Below, piece after piece: positions 59,381 through 64,000 of a stretch of DNA of 64,000 nt. Source of the stretch: Chrysomallon squamiferum (lineage: Eukaryota; Animalia; Mollusca). The stretch covers positions 17,112,001-17,176,000 of the forward strand of contig CM022669.1 of the NCBI GenBank assembly GCA_012295275.1, written 5' to 3'. The notes under the pieces were generated by a model, which was not told the origin of the DNA, made no database searches, and saw nothing but the letters and a program-made list of their open reading frames with translations. The position numbers and the translations under genes are program-made. Position 1 is the stretch's first letter. Each line of letters opens with the position of its first letter.

Positions 59381-59922
59381 AGAGGATGTCTTGCTTATAT
59401 TTTGAATACTGACGACAATGCGTCAACTTCATCAAATGAGGCATTTTCAGCCAATCATAATAAATATTAACTTGACTAATTAACAAATGACACTGACCAT
59501 ATACTGAGATCTATTTTACTACTACTTTAAGATGCACCTCAAAAATGTTCAAAGTCTGACTGCAATATTAAAAAAAAAAAAAAAAATTAAATAAAAAAAT
59601 TGGCTTTTTATGAAAAAAAAAATAATAATAATATCTAAAATGTCAAATGTGCTAAAAACACAATTTTTCACAGAATCTCATTCCATTTCTGATGATCAGA
59701 GTTGTCTGTGATTTAGAAGCCTGAAAGAACTCCACCTAGAGAGCATCTTTTTGACAGTGATCTTTATATTCGTCTTGATGTGACAGTCCTCCAAATATAA
59801 GGAAAAAGTCCAAAATGACAAAAATCATAACAATTGCACATAATAAAACGTGTGATTATCTTAACAGTGAATCAGACACATACAGAATGCACTTATGATT
59901 CGTTAGTTGTATTTTGGTGTTG

Positions 59923-60004
59923 TATTTTTCAGTTACCTTCAGACTCGCATTCCGGACACATCTATTTTTCAGTTTTCATCAGACTCGCATTCCGGACACA
60001 TCTA
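59923..60004 (+). repeat. 40-bp tandem duplication
   Basis: TATTTTTCAGTT....TCAGACTCGCATTCCGGACACATC occurs twice. Confidence 0.9.
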
Positions 60005-60280
60005 CGTTCTACTGCTGGACGTACTAATACGTCCAAGTACATCACTTGATTTTCTTTTTATAACTTCGAGCATCTGAATTAAAGTCAAATAATGTTTTTC
60101 ATTAATTAACACTTAAAGTCAAGCGAGAAGTAGAAGAAGATACAGGCTGATTTTCAAGTATCGATCGAAACTAACGTCTGCCACGTACCCAGTAATGAGA
60201 TCGGCGGAAAAACCTTTGAAGTTCAAACTGCAGTTTAAATATTTTAAAATTTTAAGCATATTGTTTTTTATTTGTTTATT

Positions 60281-60325
<45 letters not shown>

Positions 60326-60346
60326 TATTATTATTATTTATTATTA

Positions 60347-60400
<54 letters not shown>

Positions 60401-60478
60401 TCTAAACAAAATAAAATACCAATGTATAAGACTATCACTGTCGATATATCACAAACGTTTCAGCGGTAAAAAGCAAGA

Positions 60479-60797
60479 CACAATTCTATCTGTCTTAGAC
60501 TGACATCCGTGGGGCCGGGCAAAAGTGTCCCTACAAAATAACCTACAAAACTGACATACAATAAAATTATTTATTTTCAAGAAGAAAAACAAATTCAAAT
60601 CGGCATGACTGTCCGCTTATGCAGTGGAATAACAATAAAAAAAAAAAAAAAAAATGCTGACCGCGTCCATATTCTGCAAATGTCCGCTGATCTAAGGGAC
60701 ATAATCTACTAAAAACAATAGGGTCTCGGGAAAAGTGTCTGAGCATCGTAGGTGTCCGCTCATCTCAAGGGCAGCTAAAGACAGGTTGGTTCTGTTA
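60479..60797. mobile_element. Degenerate pogo/Tigger-like MITE
   Basis: Imperfect TIRs (ACAATTCTATCTGTCTTAG versus reverse complement ACAGAACCAACCTGTCTTTAG) and reiterated internal TGTCCGCT and AAAAGTGTC motifs. Confidence 0.5.
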
Positions 60798-62411
60798 GGC
60801 TTCGATGACGCGAATCTTTTTCAGAACAGAATGTTTACAAAATAGTTAGATAGACGTTAAATTTAATTCTTGAATACGTTTATAAGAAACATCAATTAAA
60901 TGATTGAAATAAATGACTTACCGAGAAAGTGCAGAATTCAATCAAGAAACGAGATCGAATTCGCCGATAAAACCGTCAGTCAGTCGTTATAACTGAAAAG
61001 AGCCATTGACCCGAAAGAACGTCATACTTTGTCTAAAAAACGACATTAGTAAAGGAAACTGAAGAAGCTTTCAAACGATGCCAGAAATGCTGGGCGTAAA
61101 TTCATTGCAGTGTAATCGCAATTTAAATTTAAAGATGATTTCTCAAGAAAAGAAAGATTGTTTTTTCTTTTTGTTCCCGAGTTGTCACAAATCACTAAAA
61201 CGCTCATTTTATTAGCTTTCCAGTGGTGCTAAAACCAGCCATATTCCTTGTTCACTTTCAGTGCCGGACGCCGCTGAAACTGGAGTTTGATTTTTTACGC
61301 TGTCCAATTCGAAAATGCGCGAGCTGTCCGCTGCTTTTAAAATGTCGCGTTTTTCAAATGCGTATCACGAATTCATTGAATGACTTACGAACAAATAAAA
61401 AACACACAATTCAAGAGCAAACCTTTCTCTTTATTTCTATGCAATTTATAATGTTACAAGTTACACGACAGCTGAATTAAAAGAAGTCAAAAACTGATTT
61501 TTCAAATTTTATAAGTGATTGGTTGACATTTAAATGTCTGCGGCTACCTAATATATATGTTTCTACGTATGTGTAATGTACGTGTATATGTCTGAACACA
61601 TGTAGATATTAGAGACACTTACTAGAACTAAAGTAAAGTTCTATTCTCATAAAAAGTTATAACCATATCGATTTAAATAACATTTAACACACCATCGGCA
61701 GAATTATTATTTCCTTCTTCTTTGTTCTCCTCTTGAAAAGTGATATTATCATCAAATAAACAACGTTGTTGTCTGTAAAAAACAAAAATTAATACAATCC
61801 TTTATTGTATACTAACTGTATTAATAACTGAATTAATACATTAAATCCACATTACTTCCATCTTTTAAAATTCTTTCTTTAAAACCAGAATATTTTTCAT
61901 TAAAGTGCAGTAGAGAAATTTCACTGCATAATAATGATAATAATAATAAAAAAAACCTTGTATGTGTTTTAAGTCTGAAAGGTAAGTTTTTGAAAAGCGT
62001 TTTCTTTCAATTAAATTCTAAAATAGCTAAATGTGATTAATAAAATCGAGCTTTTGTTAAATAATCGCAGTAACAGCAAACGATGATCTTTGCGGACTCA
62101 ACAACAGCCCTCGTCGCCATGTTCTGTCAGTAAAACATTTTAAAAGCAACATTCTGCTAATGCTTGTAACAGAAAGAACTCTCTCTCTCTCTTCAGACAC
62201 TAAGGACACAAGCAAGTCGTTTGGCTAATTGACTTTTCTAACACGTAACGAGTCTGTCAATTAACTTTTCCATTTTCAACGGCTGTAAATGTTTTCTCAA
62301 GTTTTCGCTCTGTCTTATCCGAATTAAATCTACTTCGGCTGAAACCTTCTTGAAACTGTTACAGAAATCGGAGCAAAGACCAACTCCAGTTATAAAATCA
62401 GAAAAAGACAA

Positions 62412-62450
<39 letters not shown>

Positions 62451-64000
62451 GAATAAAAAATTCATATTTAGTATTGTCCTCAAACATATTGCTAAACATT
62501 TCATAATGTTGCTTTCAGTGATAGTCATACAAGTATAACTGTTACACTGAACACAGCAATAGTAATCTCTTCATATCCAGGAACAACGATGTTTTCCTTT
62601 CAGTTAAATTTGTCCTTCTGTTGTGTTAGGTACTCAAAAGTGATTTTCTATTTGATAAATACAAAGTTGACTCTTACCTATAATGTTTAGATCTTTTTTT
62701 CCTCTTTCTTGTGGAAAAAAAAAATCGAAGTTGACTGTCAAATAGTTCCAAGGTTACGATTTTGTTTTTAATATTATATTTTTTGATGCGGTTTGCGTAC
62801 AATCACCATTTTCAACAAATCTCGATTTTTGAGTTGCCCGTTCTGAAGGTAAATTGCCTCTGACAAAGCTTATTTCATAATATATCATACTGTTTGCTGC
62901 ACTTGTGCATTAAAAACATTTTTTCTTGTCTGTGAAAAGTACATTTACTCTGATATGTGAAGACAAAGGTGGTAAAAATCATTCATTTGGTAAAGAACTA
63001 AATCTTTGAAAATGCTTAAGATCACGTTTGTACTCATTCTGCAAAGATAGTTTTTAACCCAAATTAATCAGCGTGAAAATTTCTAGATGATGAAATACAG
63101 AATGGATAGATTAGAAAATCTTAATTTTTAGGGTGTTCAACCTTTTTTCTTTTAACAAAGTTGCAGTTTTCCTGTACAATCGAGGTGCAATCTTAGTGCT
63201 AATAAAGGCTGTATAATAACAAAGATGACTTGTTAAGTGCAGCCTCCTCCCAAGAGCGGGTCTGAAAGCAATGAACAATGAGAGGATATTAAATAAATGT
63301 ATGGATAAAGAATTACAGTTAATAATACTTTTACAATTTGAATTTCACGTGGATAAGGATTAAGAAGAGACTTTGTAAAAAAAGATGTTTTTGAGAGCTC
63401 GTTTGAACTTTATGAGGCAAACGTCAAATCAAAGAGTACTGAATGACTTATGTTATAATTTATTTTGTATGTAGAATATTTTTAACCAAGTTTCAATCAT
63501 AACAAAGCTTAATTTTTGCCACACACGCTAACTAATCACCGATTCATATATCATTTCCAATATTTTCCCAAGACATTGCCATAATCCCAGAATATAATGA
63601 AATAAAAAGGTAAATACTACTGAATAAGCAATCATAAATGAGGAGGCTATGTTAAAACCACAACAACAGTTGAAAAACTAAAGTCTTGTGACATATTTTT
63701 TCTCTTATTCGGGCATCAAAAACAAGTAAACTTCTTTAACTAACATTTTTTTGCCGAGACACATTTAGACAAATTATACAAAACAGTATCCGATATCATT
63801 TCAACCCAGAGTTTATCACTTAAATTGTAAATTTAAGCACTTAAATTGACATCTTATGAAAAGAATGATCATTTCACTTACCAGCAAGATCCTTTAAACA
63901 GACTTCAGGAGGTTCTGGTTGAGGAACAGCGACTTGATCAGATGCCTGCTGACTCGGAGGGGAACCAGATTCGGTGATGACGACTTACCACGTGGTTCAA

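Noticed and set aside
59687-59726. C/D box snoRNA-like TGATGA...CTGA with short terminal stem (similar at about 22533)
   Set aside because: Only about 35-40 nt between boxes, too short, with no recognisable guide sequence.

Overview
AT-rich, microsatellite-dense eukaryotic (animal) DNA with GT-AG introns. The repeat and GPCR content points to a mollusc or other lophotrochozoan (inference). Five protein-coding genes were reconstructed by hand: (1) COPE, coatomer epsilon, minus strand, 10 coding exons, 301 aa, with a probable 3'UTR intron; (2) head-to-head with it, a Golgi type II GT32 DxD glycosyltransferase resembling SUR1/CSH1/OCH1, with its catalytic region in one exon; (3) a 9-coding-exon, 406 aa ceramide glucosyltransferase (UGCG/GT21) homologue whose ORF is intact but which has lost several normally invariant catalytic or donor-binding residues; (4, 5) two divergently oriented class A GPCRs with intronless CDS. 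The window also holds two related 37-bp minisatellite arrays, Tc1/mariner-pogo-like MITE relics, degenerate SINE relics, local duplications and a visible CpG-poor to CpG-rich switch near 46.6 kb. The best candidate for an undescribed system is the adjacent GT32 plus atypical GT21 pair (with COPE) as a possible invertebrate glycosphingolipid locus. All assignments come from reading the sequence; no searches were run.
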